From a virus: a stretch of DNA of 64,000 nucleotides. The translations under genes and the position numbers were made by a program. Each line of letters begins with the position of its first letter. Within the stretch, counting starts at the first letter, position 1. Below the pieces are notes generated by a model. It searched no databases. It was not told where the DNA came from and saw nothing but the letters and a program-made list of their open reading frames with translations. The stretch spans positions 32,001-96,000 of the IMG/VR virus record IMGVR_UViG_3300030419_007010; one strand, given 5' to 3'. Of this stretch, positions 1 through 9,335 are shown piece by piece.

Positions 1-815
1 CCTGCGTGTGTAGGGTGCGTGCCAATCCCAAGAGTACCAGTTACAGTAGCATTGTTATACACATCTAGAGCATTTCTAATAGTAACAGAGCCAGTTACAC
101 CAAGGTCGCCTTGCGTTTCGATTCCACCGACATTGAAAATCTTGGCGGAGCCTGATATGTCTCCAATAACGGTAAGCGGGTGTGTAGCCGTGGCGCTTCC
201 GATGTTTCCGCCGACTAGTGCATTATTTCTCACTGTCACCGAGCCAGTTACACCAAGTGAGCCTTGTGTTTCGATTCCACCGAGATTGAAGATCTTGCCA
301 GAACCGGATATATCACCCCCAACATGCACGGTGTGAGTCGGTACCTCTGCACCGCCAAAATATGTTTTTTGGTTTTGAACTCTTATAGCATAATTTGAAT
401 TATAATCGTATAGTAAAAGAGACTTATGCGCAGTAGGACCCCAGCTATAGTGTGAATTATTAACAGTTGATGACAACGCAAGTGCAACATAATTTCCATA
501 CATGTTTAAGTTGCCCGACATCACAGTATTGCCAGACACGTTAAGATCACCTGCTGTTTCAACGCCTTTAACAAATATTCCTACGCCAGACCCGGAGACA
601 CGGCCGTCGGCATAATTGGTACCAATATTATAAAAATTACCGTAATTATGTATCGTATTGCCGCTTACTTCTAGAGTGCCTGTGACCAGCATTGAGCCAG
701 AAACAACTACAGAACCAGTTATTTCTGTTTTTTGCTCGCCCTGCTTGTTCTCTGAGACAATAGAGCCCGTGCCGTAGATTGCTTGTCCTTCTGAACCGGT
801 TACTATTAATGGCAT
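1..815 (-). CDS. Tail fibre-like repeat protein, runs off the left edge of the window
   Basis: Not in the ORF track. ATG at 815-813 overlaps the TAA of the upstream gene (TAATG). The frame is open to the window edge (MPLIVTGSEGQAIYG...GDISGSGKIFNLGGIETQGSLGVTGS...) and carries the same repeat as the 1117-aa neighbour. Confidence 0.8.
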   Translation of the reverse strand, partial: MPLIVTGSEGQAIYGTGSIVSENKQGEQKTEITGSVVVSGSMLVTGTLEVSGNTIHNYGNFYNIGTNYADGRVSGSGVGIFVKGVETAGDLNVSGNTVMSGNLNMYGNYVALALSSTVNNSHYSWGPTAHKSLLLYDYNSNYAIRVQNQKTYFGGAEVPTHTVHVGGDISGSGKIFNLGGIETQGSLGVTGSVTVRNNALVGGNIGSATATHPLTVIGDISGSAKIFNVGGIETQGDLGVTGSVTIRNALDVYNNATVTGTLGIGTHPTHA

Positions 816-3800
816 TAGTCTTCGATCTCCTCAAGCATCATTTTATATTTCTTATTTGTCTTGTTATTGATCACAGATAAATATTCTTCTTCCTCAACAA
901 TTGTCCAATCACCTCTATCATTTTTCAAATGAAGGTCGCCGGTGTAAATGTTTGCCCAGCGCTTAGACTCGGATCCGAGATCAAATGTGTTGTCAGTTCT
1001 TGGCATTACGTTGCCGGCGGTGACTGATCCGGTTACGCCAAGGTCTGCAGCAGTTTCAATACCGCCAAGATTGAAGATCTTACCCGAACCAGATATGTCA
1101 CCGGAAACCATCAAGGGATGAGTTACAGATGCAGCGGCGGCATAGCCAATTTGTGCTGAAGTAGCAAACCTTGAGTTACCGTTTATAACACTTGTTCCTA
1201 GAATTGTAGCAGAACCGGTTACGCCAAGACCACCTTGTGTTTCGATCCCGCCCACATTAAAGATCTTACCCGAACCAGATATATCTCCAGCAACAGTTAG
1301 TGCGTGTGACGGCGCAATATTAGATAATCCTACTTTCCCATCTCGGATCCATAAAGGAAAAGTTGTATCATTATAATCATATATACGAAGGTCTCTGGAG
1401 GTGGTAGTAAGCGTATAATGTGCTATTGTGGACGTAAGATACAGCGACGAGGCCCCGCCGCCCTGGATATACATACTCCCGTGACTGTACATGCTCCCGG
1501 AAGATATAACATTGTGTCTGGAAATTATTGAACCGGTTACTCCAAGCTCGCCTTGTGTCTCGATTCCGCCAGTGTTCAGGATCTTACCGGAGCCTGATAT
1601 ATCGCCGGCGACAGTTAATGTATGAGTAGGTGTGGTAGTGCCAACGGCTAACATAGAAGAAAAATATGAGTTAGCAGTACTTTGTATAGCCGCGGCAGAA
1701 GTTGTTCCTCTAATTGTGACAGAGCCTGTTACACCTAAATCACCTTGCGTTTCGATCCCGCCGACATTTAAAATCTTGCCGGAACCGGAGATATCTCCAG
1801 TGACAGTTAATGTCGCGCCGACCGTGAGTGGGGCGTATATTCCTCCATACAGATAAGCCGGTCCCCTTACGATCATTGAACCAGTTACACCAAGCGCGCC
1901 GTGAGTTTCAACCCCTCCATAAATCAGAGCGCGACCGGAACCTGAAATGTCTCCAGCAACGGTTAAAGCGTGGGTCGCAAATCGATTGTTTACTGCAAGA
2001 TAGCCGCTGGTGGTTAATGTGCCAGTGACTTGATGATTGTCCGCCGCGTTATCGCCAAATTTTGTAGAGCCGCTGACACCTAAGCCCCCTGCAGTTTCGA
2101 TGCCGGCCATATTAAAGATCTTTCCGGATCCTGATAAGTCGCCAACTATGGTTACAGGATGTGTCACAGTCGCCGAGGCGGCGTTGTCCCCAAGAACGAC
2201 CTTGCCATCTCGCGTTAAGAAGGGATAGTTAGTGTTGCCGGCACTTTTATCTGTTAAGTAAAAAGTTCTGTTTGCCTGATTAAACTCAAAGAGAGTGTTT
2301 TGTGCAGAAGAGGTTGTTCTGAAGAAGATTGGTGATGCCCGAGACTCGATCCTCTGAGATGTATACAAAACACCAGTGTGAAAAGTCGCATTTGCGAACT
2401 CGGCGTTTCCGGAAACTATCAAGTCATCATTTACAGAAACTGGTTCGTTTGCTATTATTCTACCGGTAAACGTATGTGTGTCGTCGTTGGTATTACCAAA
2501 TGTTGTAGAGCCGCTCTTGTGTAGCGTAGTGGAAACAACCGTATGATTATGCTCTGTAGTGTGGAATTGTTCGGCATAAACGTTTCCACTTACATATACT
2601 GAACCAGAGAACTGATGGACATCTGACGCGTCGTCTCCAAATTTTGTTGCTCCTGCCAATGTAGTGCTACCAGAAACATTTAGCACTCCTTCTGAAACTA
2701 GACCAGTTTTAGATTGTATTGTTGCGCTGGAACTAAGATAAGCTGCAACTCCAATGAGCTTGTCCGCGGAAATCAGTGTCATGCCGGTGCCGGCGGCATA
2801 TTGTATATAAGCTACCCCGCCAGCATAATGCTGGGCGCTCGTTCCTAGGAAACGAATATAAGTATCATCAGTTTCCTTATGTCTAATATATGATGAAACT
2901 TCAAGATCTCCATCTATATAAACATTGCCAGTATGTTCAGCAATTCCTCTGAATAACGCGGACCCAGTTACACCAAGATTTCCTTGCGTTTCGATCCCGC
3001 CGACATTTAGAATCTTGCCAGAGCCAGATACATCTCCCAGTGTTTTTATTGAGCCAGTTACACCAAGATTTCCTTGCGTTTCGATCCCGCCGACATTTAG
3101 AATCTTGGCGGAGCCTGATATATCTCCCGTTACTGTCAAGGCATGAGTAGGTAAGTTAATACTATTGATAGCGACATACCCGTCATACATAGACAGCGGA
3201 TATCCTACTGCGACGGATCCGTTCTCGCTGGAAAAATTAATCAAACGTAGTCCGCGAGGGGATGATGGGGTCCATCTAAAGTCAGTATTGGAGGAACTTA
3301 GCCGTACAGGAACAGTGTCATTGATGATTAGGCCACCATTGAATGTGTGAGTGTCAGTTCCGTCACTTCCGAATGTTGTAGATCCCCTAATGGTAGCAGA
3401 GCCTGTCGCACCAAGATCTCCCTGTGTTTCGATCCCGCCGACATTTAAGATCTTGCCAGAGCCTGATATGTCGCCGTGAACAGTTAGTGCGTGAGTTGAA
3501 GCTATATTTTCAGCCCATGTGCCGCTTACTGAAATATTTCCTCCAGTATAAATGCTGCCACTAAATATGTGCTGGTCTCCGGGGCTATCGCCGAACGCTG
3601 TTGATCCGCTCTTCGCTATATGAGTAGTTGTAACAGTGTGATTATGAACTGTGGTATTTAATTCTTCAGCATACAAAGCGCCGCTGACATATAAACTACC
3701 GGTAAATTCATGAACATCTGCAGGAGTTAAGCCAAATACTGTTGAGCCTCCCGAACCGTTGCCATACATTATAGAAGATATAGTATCGGTATAACTTAAT

Positions 3801-4168
3801 TTTTGCCAAACACTGCCAGATGTGGAACCTGAAGTGTAAGTGAATACAACAAAGTCGCTTATTCTCCAAGTATCTTCATTATCCACGGGAGTGGTGCCAG
3901 CCGCAGAGACCTTCCAAAAATCGCCAACCGTTGCAGTTAGATTAGTCGTGGCATGGTAACCGCCAAGCTCATTTGGCGCCCTTTGTAAAACATTACCTGA
4001 TGGAAAAAGTCTTGTACAATTATGGGCTGCCCATGGATTTGAGCCATCACCATTAACGCCGGTCCAGCCCGGGCCAGGGTTAGCTAAAGTTCCGCTATTG
4101 GTGCTTGCGTTCCAATAGCCTTTGAACCGGCCAACTCCTAAAAATACTGGTAAATCTGGATATCCCAC
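815..4168 (-). CDS. Long tail fibre / virion fibre protein with Gly-Ser-Thr repeats (1117 aa)
   Basis: Nine copies of a ~32-aa repeat (HxLTVxGDISGSGKIxNxGGIETQGxLGVTGS) and six GxTxFGxxxxDxHxF/V repeats. The C-terminus DLGSESKRWANIYTGDLHL...WTIVEE...KKYK resembles fibre ends of marine T4-like phages. Confidence 0.75.
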   Translation of the reverse strand: MGYPDLPVFLGVGRFKGYWNASTNSGTLANPGPGWTGVNGDGSNPWAAHNCTRLFPSGNVLQRAPNELGGYHATTNLTATVGDFWKVSAAGTTPVDNEDTWRISDFVVFTYTSGSTSGSVWQKLSYTDTISSIMYGNGSGGSTVFGLTPADVHEFTGSLYVSGALYAEELNTTVHNHTVTTTHIAKSGSTAFGDSPGDQHIFSGSIYTGGNISVSGTWAENIASTHALTVHGDISGSGKILNVGGIETQGDLGATGSATIRGSTTFGSDGTDTHTFNGGLIINDTVPVRLSSSNTDFRWTPSSPRGLRLINFSSENGSVAVGYPLSMYDGYVAINSINLPTHALTVTGDISGSAKILNVGGIETQGNLGVTGSIKTLGDVSGSGKILNVGGIETQGNLGVTGSALFRGIAEHTGNVYIDGDLEVSSYIRHKETDDTYIRFLGTSAQHYAGGVAYIQYAAGTGMTLISADKLIGVAAYLSSSATIQSKTGLVSEGVLNVSGSTTLAGATKFGDDASDVHQFSGSVYVSGNVYAEQFHTTEHNHTVVSTTLHKSGSTTFGNTNDDTHTFTGRIIANEPVSVNDDLIVSGNAEFANATFHTGVLYTSQRIESRASPIFFRTTSSAQNTLFEFNQANRTFYLTDKSAGNTNYPFLTRDGKVVLGDNAASATVTHPVTIVGDLSGSGKIFNMAGIETAGGLGVSGSTKFGDNAADNHQVTGTLTTSGYLAVNNRFATHALTVAGDISGSGRALIYGGVETHGALGVTGSMIVRGPAYLYGGIYAPLTVGATLTVTGDISGSGKILNVGGIETQGDLGVTGSVTIRGTTSAAAIQSTANSYFSSMLAVGTTTPTHTLTVAGDISGSGKILNTGGIETQGELGVTGSIISRHNVISSGSMYSHGSMYIQGGGASSLYLTSTIAHYTLTTTSRDLRIYDYNDTTFPLWIRDGKVGLSNIAPSHALTVAGDISGSGKIFNVGGIETQGGLGVTGSATILGTSVINGNSRFATSAQIGYAAAASVTHPLMVSGDISGSGKIFNLGGIETAADLGVTGSVTAGNVMPRTDNTFDLGSESKRWANIYTGDLHLKNDRGDWTIVEEEEYLSVINNKTNKKYKMMLEEIED
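2964..3107. repeat. 54-bp exact direct repeat with 90-bp period inside the fibre gene
   Basis: ccagttacaccaagatttccttgcgtttcgatcccgccgacatttagaatcttg at 2964-3017 and 3054-3107. Confidence 0.9.
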
Positions 4169-4185
4169 TTATTGTTCCCGCTTAA

Positions 4186-4689
4186 TTAATCCATTCCATA
4201 GTACTCAATAATAACTGTCAGAGTACCAGAGGTTGAATTAGTTGTACCATTCCCGCTGCCGGCATTACAAATATACACATATTGATCAGAAGTTCCATTT
4301 CTTACAGTATCTCTGCAAATCCACACTTCCTTTGGATCGTTTTTTAAATCAATATCTTCAGCGCTGGCGCTGTCTGTGCTGTCAGTATTGGATACGCCAG
4401 CACCTAATATTTCCGTTCCAGAAGAAATGCTAGAATCGGCCGCTGTACCAGACGTAGCAGATAATTGAATATTTACCGAGTGTGTTGATAGATTACTAGC
4501 CGTCTTTACTGCTGCAGCGACAGTTGTTATGATGGCTCCGGCAGGAATTTTAACATCAGCTAACTCAACTATAACTGTATTATCGCCACTGTGTGCATAT
4601 CTAATATCTTGATCAACCGATATAATATGTTTTCCTATACCAACGGATAGATCTGGTGTTGATGTTCTGCTCGGTGTAAACTTTGCCAT
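4186..4689 (-). CDS. Hypothetical protein, possible virion decoration protein (167 aa)
   Basis: Beta-rich pattern IPAGAIITTV...SGTLTVIIEY. Located among structural genes. Confidence 0.45.
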   Translation of the reverse strand: MAKFTPSRTSTPDLSVGIGKHIISVDQDIRYAHSGDNTVIVELADVKIPAGAIITTVAAAVKTASNLSTHSVNIQLSATSGTAADSSISSGTEILGAGVSNTDSTDSASAEDIDLKNDPKEVWICRDTVRNGTSDQYVYICNAGSGNGTTNSTSGTLTVIIEYYGMD

Positions 4690-5126
4690 TATACTTCTTT
4701 CCCATCTACAACGAGGGTGTCAAGGCCCGCGCCGGTCATGTAGTTGTCGTCCATCTCGCCAGTTTCTATACTGGTTAACTCGGCCACGACTTCATATGCG
4801 CCGTTGTTACCTTGAGAAGTAATATAAATTTCCTTGCACTTAACATTAAATGTGATCGAATCTCTATCTTCAGTGAGAGTAACATAATGCAGTCCGTTGA
4901 AAACTTTTGCCTCTGCTTTGTCTGCAAAATGAATTCTTAAGTCGACAGCAGATTTATTAATAACTGTTACTGATTTTGCAATATAAGGAAAAGTAATTTT
5001 ATTTTGTACGTTATTGTCAATATCGGTTGAGCCGGTCATATATGGTTTACCAGAAACTTGATAAGAACCTACATTTGAAATTCCCGGAAGATAAGATTGA
5101 AAACGATTATTGCCTGTGTTTGCCAT
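4689..5126 (-). CDS. Hypothetical protein, probably structural (145 aa)
   Basis: AGGAG Shine-Dalgarno upstream. TAATG coupling to the next gene. Confidence 0.55.
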   Translation of the reverse strand: MANTGNNRFQSYLPGISNVGSYQVSGKPYMTGSTDIDNNVQNKITFPYIAKSVTVINKSAVDLRIHFADKAEAKVFNGLHYVTLTEDRDSITFNVKCKEIYITSQGNNGAYEVVAELTSIETGEMDDNYMTGAGLDTLVVDGKEV

Positions 5127-5146
5127 TTTTTTCTCCTAACACACTA

Positions 5147-5383
5147 TTAAGTATACTTAATTTGTAGTTTTTTTCTTCTTTGAGCTTCAGCTTTTCTAAC
5201 ATTTTGAAGCTTTTTTAATTTTGCTCTTCGTCTCTTCTTTGAAGGCTTCTCGAAAAACATTTTTTCTTTGTATCTTTCAATGACTTTTTCTTTTTTAACT
5301 TTTTTAATAAATTTTTTAATTAATCTGCTGGTGTTTCCGCCAACTTCTTTTAAAGAAACCTCAACATGTACTGGTTTAGCCAT
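5147..5383 (-). CDS. rpsU: Phage-encoded 30S ribosomal protein bS21
   Basis: 78 aa and very basic. LIKKFIKKV...VIERYKEKMFFEKPSKKRRRAK matches the bS21 signature (LrrFkr...r.ffeKPs.kRr). Confidence 0.85.
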   Translation of the reverse strand: MAKPVHVEVSLKEVGGNTSRLIKKFIKKVKKEKVIERYKEKMFFEKPSKKRRRAKLKKLQNVRKAEAQRRKKLQIKYT

Positions 5384-5395
5384 TGTTTTTCCTTT

Positions 5396-5815
5396 TTAAA
5401 TTAAGTGCTTCCACTTGCCATTAGCAAGATTCAAAATACCGTCGATATTTACTCCGGGATCTTCAGCGCTTTGGCCGCCAAGTGGCCCTTTTCCTGGTGC
5501 ATCTGGGGGGAGGTCGTTTCTATCGATTCCCTCGAATACATTTACTCCAGTTACTTTTGTTGATTCGTTAAGTTTGCGAATCCTTTCCTGTCTTTCTGCT
5601 TCAGCCTTCTCTTCTAAAATTCTTAGCTTCTCTTGCTTCTCGGTATCATCTGGCTTGGTTTTGATCGTGACACCTTCTGTCACAACTCTTCTAGTCTCTA
5701 AACCAGAAACAACTTCGGTAATAATTCCAGATAAAACACCGTCTTCAAAAATGCATTCTTTAATACACTCTTTAATTAAAGGCTTAAGTACTTGTTTTAA
5801 TTCATTTTTCTTCAT
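5396..5815 (-). CDS. Hypothetical protein (139 aa), possible prohead core/scaffold-related
   Basis: N-terminus MKKNELKQVLKPLIKECIKE followed by a charged coiled segment. Lies in the head-assembly region. Confidence 0.5.
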   Translation of the reverse strand: MKKNELKQVLKPLIKECIKECIFEDGVLSGIITEVVSGLETRRVVTEGVTIKTKPDDTEKQEKLRILEEKAEAERQERIRKLNESTKVTGVNVFEGIDRNDLPPDAPGKGPLGGQSAEDPGVNIDGILNLANGKWKHLI

Positions 5816-5825
5816 TGTTATCCTT

Positions 5826-6914
5826 TCATGGAGCGGGGAAGGCCCCTGCTCGAATCCTGTCGCTCACAGCCGCAGCATTCTCCTCGCCGGAAGTTTTTAA
5901 AACGTTATCTTTTTTTGCTATAGCATTAAGCACATCTTGCAGCTTTAGAGGATCAAGAAGATCACGCGTGTGTAAACTATGTAGAGCGTTTCCTACAGCC
6001 TTTGCAAGATCTGCAGAACGCTGGGGGCTGTCGTCGGCGCTATATTTTTCAAATGCTTTTAATAGGAGAGCCGTTACAGCTTTGCGCTCACCTTTTGTCC
6101 AGCCGCCATGGCCGACTGGCTCGGAACCTAGCGCTCCCTTGAGGCGATCAAGAATTCCCTCTTGGTATATCTTTTCTTCGGAAAAATGTCTCGTCTGCCA
6201 ATCATCTCGAAGGTCCTCCACTTTTGTCTTCAGCCAGTCGATGAGTTCGTGATTCCCCCCAACACCAGTTTTTAAAAGATCGCCGGCCGTTTTGATCGCC
6301 GCGGCGGGACTCTCTTTCTCTAAGTCATTGATAGTTTTGGTAACCTCTTCAAATTGTTTGTTATAGGCCTGAACTCTGGCTTTAATTTTAGCGTCGTACT
6401 CGGGGTTTGGTGGATAATCTTTCCAACTCTCTAATACGGCTGATGTCTCTTCTTTAATGATTCTTGCCAATTCTTCTTTGGTGATATTCATTTTGGATTC
6501 TTGCTGGGTGGATTCGTTATAACGGGTCCAGATGGGCCTCGGGCGGTCTTGGCGACGTTGGTGGAGGTAGGGGCTCGGTCGGTCTCCGGAGAGGCGCCAT
6601 GTGTTTCTGATGCTTTCGGCGGCCTTTCGCGCCTTTTCGGCGAAGTCGCCTTTGATGCGCATGGCGTTGATGCAATCCATATGCTTTTTTAGAAGGGCTG
6701 ACTCTAGCGGACTTCCGGGTGGTAAATCCAGGAGGCCGGCGTCCTTGAACTCGTTGGCCAATTGCTCAAAGCACTTCTCCCGGGCCTGGATGGACATGGT
6801 GTTATATTTCGGGTGAGGGTGCTCCTTCTTCGCGCGTAGCCGCCACCGCGGTGGATTTGAATTATTTATCTCTTCTCTAATGATTTGTTCCAGTTGTTCT
6901 CTTGTAATTCCCAT
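5826..6914 (-). CDS. Leader-family protein with two leader copies (362 aa), putative internal head protein
   Basis: Begins MGITREQLEQIIREE. A second copy MNITKEELARIIKEE starts at residue 142 (ATG at 6491). Immediately downstream of the prohead protease. Confidence 0.6.
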   Translation of the reverse strand: MGITREQLEQIIREEINNSNPPRWRLRAKKEHPHPKYNTMSIQAREKCFEQLANEFKDAGLLDLPPGSPLESALLKKHMDCINAMRIKGDFAEKARKAAESIRNTWRLSGDRPSPYLHQRRQDRPRPIWTRYNESTQQESKMNITKEELARIIKEETSAVLESWKDYPPNPEYDAKIKARVQAYNKQFEEVTKTINDLEKESPAAAIKTAGDLLKTGVGGNHELIDWLKTKVEDLRDDWQTRHFSEEKIYQEGILDRLKGALGSEPVGHGGWTKGERKAVTALLLKAFEKYSADDSPQRSADLAKAVGNALHSLHTRDLLDPLKLQDVLNAIAKKDNVLKTSGEENAAAVSDRIRAGAFPAP

Positions 6915-6916
6915 TG

Positions 6917-7549
6917 TTAATCTCCCAAGATATCATCAAGAACATTGTTGATTCTTTGAGTTTTTGTAGTATTTTGCTGGTTTTCTGCCAGTCCGATAGA
7001 AACTCTACTTCTTGACCCGCCTTCCGGATTCAAGTAAGCCCCTGGCGTTGAAGGTTCCGAAACAATATCAAAGCAAATAAGCTGAAAATCATCTTCAACC
7101 ATTGTTATGCCGTTTGATTCTTTTACTGAACCTAATCCTCTCGAAGAAATTCCTAGTTTTACTCCCGATTGAAGCAAAGCTTTTAATACTTTGCCCGAGG
7201 GGGTATCCAAAACTTCAATTTTGCCCATTACATTATCGCCATCCCACCAAGTTTTCGTAACAAGATGAGAAGCGTTCTTCAAGTTGATAACAGAATCATC
7301 AGGATGATCTAGTTCTCCCAACGATCTTCTTTCTTGAACCGCTCTTTGGTAATTTTCTACTTCTCTCTGCAAAGTTTCTTTACGATAGATTCGACCATTA
7401 CCATTTTTTGTTCCGGCGCGTTGAATCACACCAACAAGATAAACCGATCCGCCATCAACACGACGTTTTTCGTCTTCGGTTAATACAGTTAGATCACAAA
7501 TGCCATCCGGACATAATTGGAAATATTCTTGTAAAAGTGTTTTTGACAT
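6917..7549 (-). CDS. Prohead protease, T4 gp21-like (peptidase S77)
   Basis: NGNGRIY, LGELDHP, ASH, TPSG, GISSRGLGS and FDIVSEPSTPGAY motifs. Likely start MSKTLLQEY at 7549; the ORF track extends it to 7570. Confidence 0.93.
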   Translation of the reverse strand: MSKTLLQEYFQLCPDGICDLTVLTEDEKRRVDGGSVYLVGVIQRAGTKNGNGRIYRKETLQREVENYQRAVQERRSLGELDHPDDSVINLKNASHLVTKTWWDGDNVMGKIEVLDTPSGKVLKALLQSGVKLGISSRGLGSVKESNGITMVEDDFQLICFDIVSEPSTPGAYLNPEGGSRSRVSIGLAENQQNTTKTQRINNVLDDILGD

Positions 7550-7555
7550 AATATT

Positions 7556-7575
7556 AAAAAGCAGGCGCAACCTGC
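7556..7575 (-). terminator. Putative rho-independent terminator or attenuator hairpin
   Basis: Minus strand reads GCAGG-TTGCG-CCTGC followed by TTTTT. Confidence 0.5.
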
Positions 7576-7580
7576 GCGAG

Positions 7581-7631
7581 CTAGCTACCCTTGCAACAGC
7601 GTCTTACTTCTGGCCTGTTTTGGCGTCTCAT
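7581..7631 (-). CDS. Putative 16-aa small ORF MRRQNRPEVRRCCKGS
   Basis: AGAGAGGATAAAGA-ATG gives a good SD and spacing. TAG at 7583-7581. Overlaps the 3' end of the 114-aa gene in another frame. Confidence 0.4.
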   Translation of the reverse strand: MRRQNRPEVRRCCKGS

Positions 7632-7929
7632 TCTTTATCCTCTCTATTTTTATTCCACAATCTCCAAAAACCATATTCAATATATATGAAGTTCCGGAGC
7701 TTATGCATCCCAAAAGGAGCGCATTTACTAAATTATATTCAAAACTAAATAGTTCCGTTAAGTTACTAATTCCCAAAAGAAATACACCAACCCAAAAGCC
7801 CATGCACATGGGACATTCAAACAGTTCACCCATTTTTCCTTTAGTTGGCCTTATAGAATTGAAAATCTTTCCATAAACTAATATTTGAGTCATGCCGTAA
7901 GCGCAAAGAATAAAATAGATTAAATCCAA
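7585..7929 (-). CDS. Small membrane protein, DUF1360-like (114 aa)
   Basis: Hydrophobic segments plus a CPMCMGFW motif (CxxCxxxW). Confidence 0.6.
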   Translation of the reverse strand: MDLIYFILCAYGMTQILVYGKIFNSIRPTKGKMGELFECPMCMGFWVGVFLLGISNLTELFSFEYNLVNALLLGCISSGTSYILNMVFGDCGIKIERIKNETPKQARSKTLLQG

Positions 7930-8514
7930 TTATTCCTCCTTGCTTTCTTCTAGACGATAAATGTTAGCAATACCAAATGGTTTGATTCCCGGACGAATTG
8001 AGCCCTTGTCCGTATGATGGTATCTTTCCGGATCGTATTCGGTAGAATCTTCTGGTCCGGGTTCGGCCAATCTTCTCTCCTCTTCTGCATCGAAAGCCTT
8101 TTCGAATTCGAAGTATGGTCTCTCTTTTTCTATGAACTTACTGATAGTAAATAAAGCGATTTGTGTAGAATTATAATCTTTGCTCTCGCAAATTTTCGCT
8201 TCCATAGAAGAATAAATATTCCCGCCTTGTATTGAGTCGTATTCGATAACGCCTTTTCTTCTTAAAAACCCGAAGAGGCGATCTTGAGCATTATATACTT
8301 CATCACCGAAAACTTGTTTAGCAAAAGCGACAATCTTATTCTTTGAAGGCATCAAAACAATATCTATATCTTTATGATCAAAAATCATAACGTTGCCATC
8401 TAAAGTTCTACGAGCGTTTAATTTAATAGTTACTGCAGAGCTTTTTGGCTTTTCCTGTTCCGGAAGAGCTTCTTGTGTTTTTTGTTGATTGCCAACTTTT
8501 ACTGTTATTGCCAT
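7930..8514 (-). CDS. Hypothetical protein (194 aa)
   Basis: Tightly packed ORF with TAATG coupling in the head module. Confidence 0.65.
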   Translation of the reverse strand: MAITVKVGNQQKTQEALPEQEKPKSSAVTIKLNARRTLDGNVMIFDHKDIDIVLMPSKNKIVAFAKQVFGDEVYNAQDRLFGFLRRKGVIEYDSIQGGNIYSSMEAKICESKDYNSTQIALFTISKFIEKERPYFEFEKAFDAEEERRLAEPGPEDSTEYDPERYHHTDKGSIRPGIKPFGIANIYRLEESKEE

Positions 8515-9335
8515 TAGCTTTGTATCTCTTTTACTAAACTTTGAATTTTCATAATCTTTTGAATCATACTCGAAGTTATTTCTGTGTTTCTAAACTCTTC
8601 TATTGTATTAATAACTTTCTGTGTTTTTTCAAAAATCAAAGGATTGCTTTTAACCGCCTCGGAGTGAAGCGATTCTGTCATTTGGGTTTTTAATCTTCCA
8701 ACTTCTTCATTTAAGAAGACTTTGAACTCAACACCATTGTCTGAAAAAGAAGTAATATACTTATTCAGCAATTCTTTTTGTTCTTCTTGCAGGTTCTTGG
8801 AATAAATTGAATTAAAGTTTTTTGTAAATGTATTAAAAACCAACTTGTCGGTTGTCACAATTTTTTCTTTTAGCATTTCCTGTGGCTCGCTCAACTGGCC
8901 AATCACTTTTTCTTCTAAAAGAACTCGTTTTTTAGGTCCATCTTCTTCATTGAAAAGTTGATAGATCGTGGCGATATTTTTATATTGCGGAACAAAGTTA
9001 GAAAATATATTTCTTGAGAGAGATTTGTTTATTTGATTAATAAGTTTGCTTTGAGCTTCAAAAACCTCTTCTCTATCTAAACTTTTATATTCTCTTCTAG
9101 CTTCGTATACTAGCTTTTCTGCTATTCTGCTTGACAAGTTTCTACTTTCTAATAAAGATTTATAAATATCTAATTCTTTTTTGAGAATGCTGTCTTTTTT
9201 AAAGTTTTCTTTTATTAGTGAAATAATCTTGTTTTTTGTTTGTGAATTATTCTTGACAATTGATTTTGTTAGTTCTTTTACAAGTGCTTCAAATAAAAAC
9301 GCTGTATTTCTTTTCTTATTATGTCTAAACTTCAT
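8514..9335 (-). CDS. Hypothetical helical protein next to portal (273 aa)
   Basis: Long ORF overlapping the portal stop; K/E/L-rich. Confidence 0.7.
   Translation of the reverse strand: MKFRHNKKRNTAFLFEALVKELTKSIVKNNSQTKNKIISLIKENFKKDSILKKELDIYKSLLESRNLSSRIAEKLVYEARREYKSLDREEVFEAQSKLINQINKSLSRNIFSNFVPQYKNIATIYQLFNEEDGPKKRVLLEEKVIGQLSEPQEMLKEKIVTTDKLVFNTFTKNFNSIYSKNLQEEQKELLNKYITSFSDNGVEFKVFLNEEVGRLKTQMTESLHSEAVKSNPLIFEKTQKVINTIEEFRNTEITSSMIQKIMKIQSLVKEIQS

Noticed and set aside
1-4168. Repeats as a CRISPR array or DGR template/variable pair
   Set aside because: Repeats are in-frame coding units with codon-type variation. No cas or reverse transcriptase gene, and no adenine-specific mismatch pattern was evident.
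5147-5160. Perfect palindrome TTAAGTATACTTAA at the end of bS21
   Set aside because: Single AT-rich occurrence overlapping the stop codon; may be chance or a variant of the late-promoter motif.
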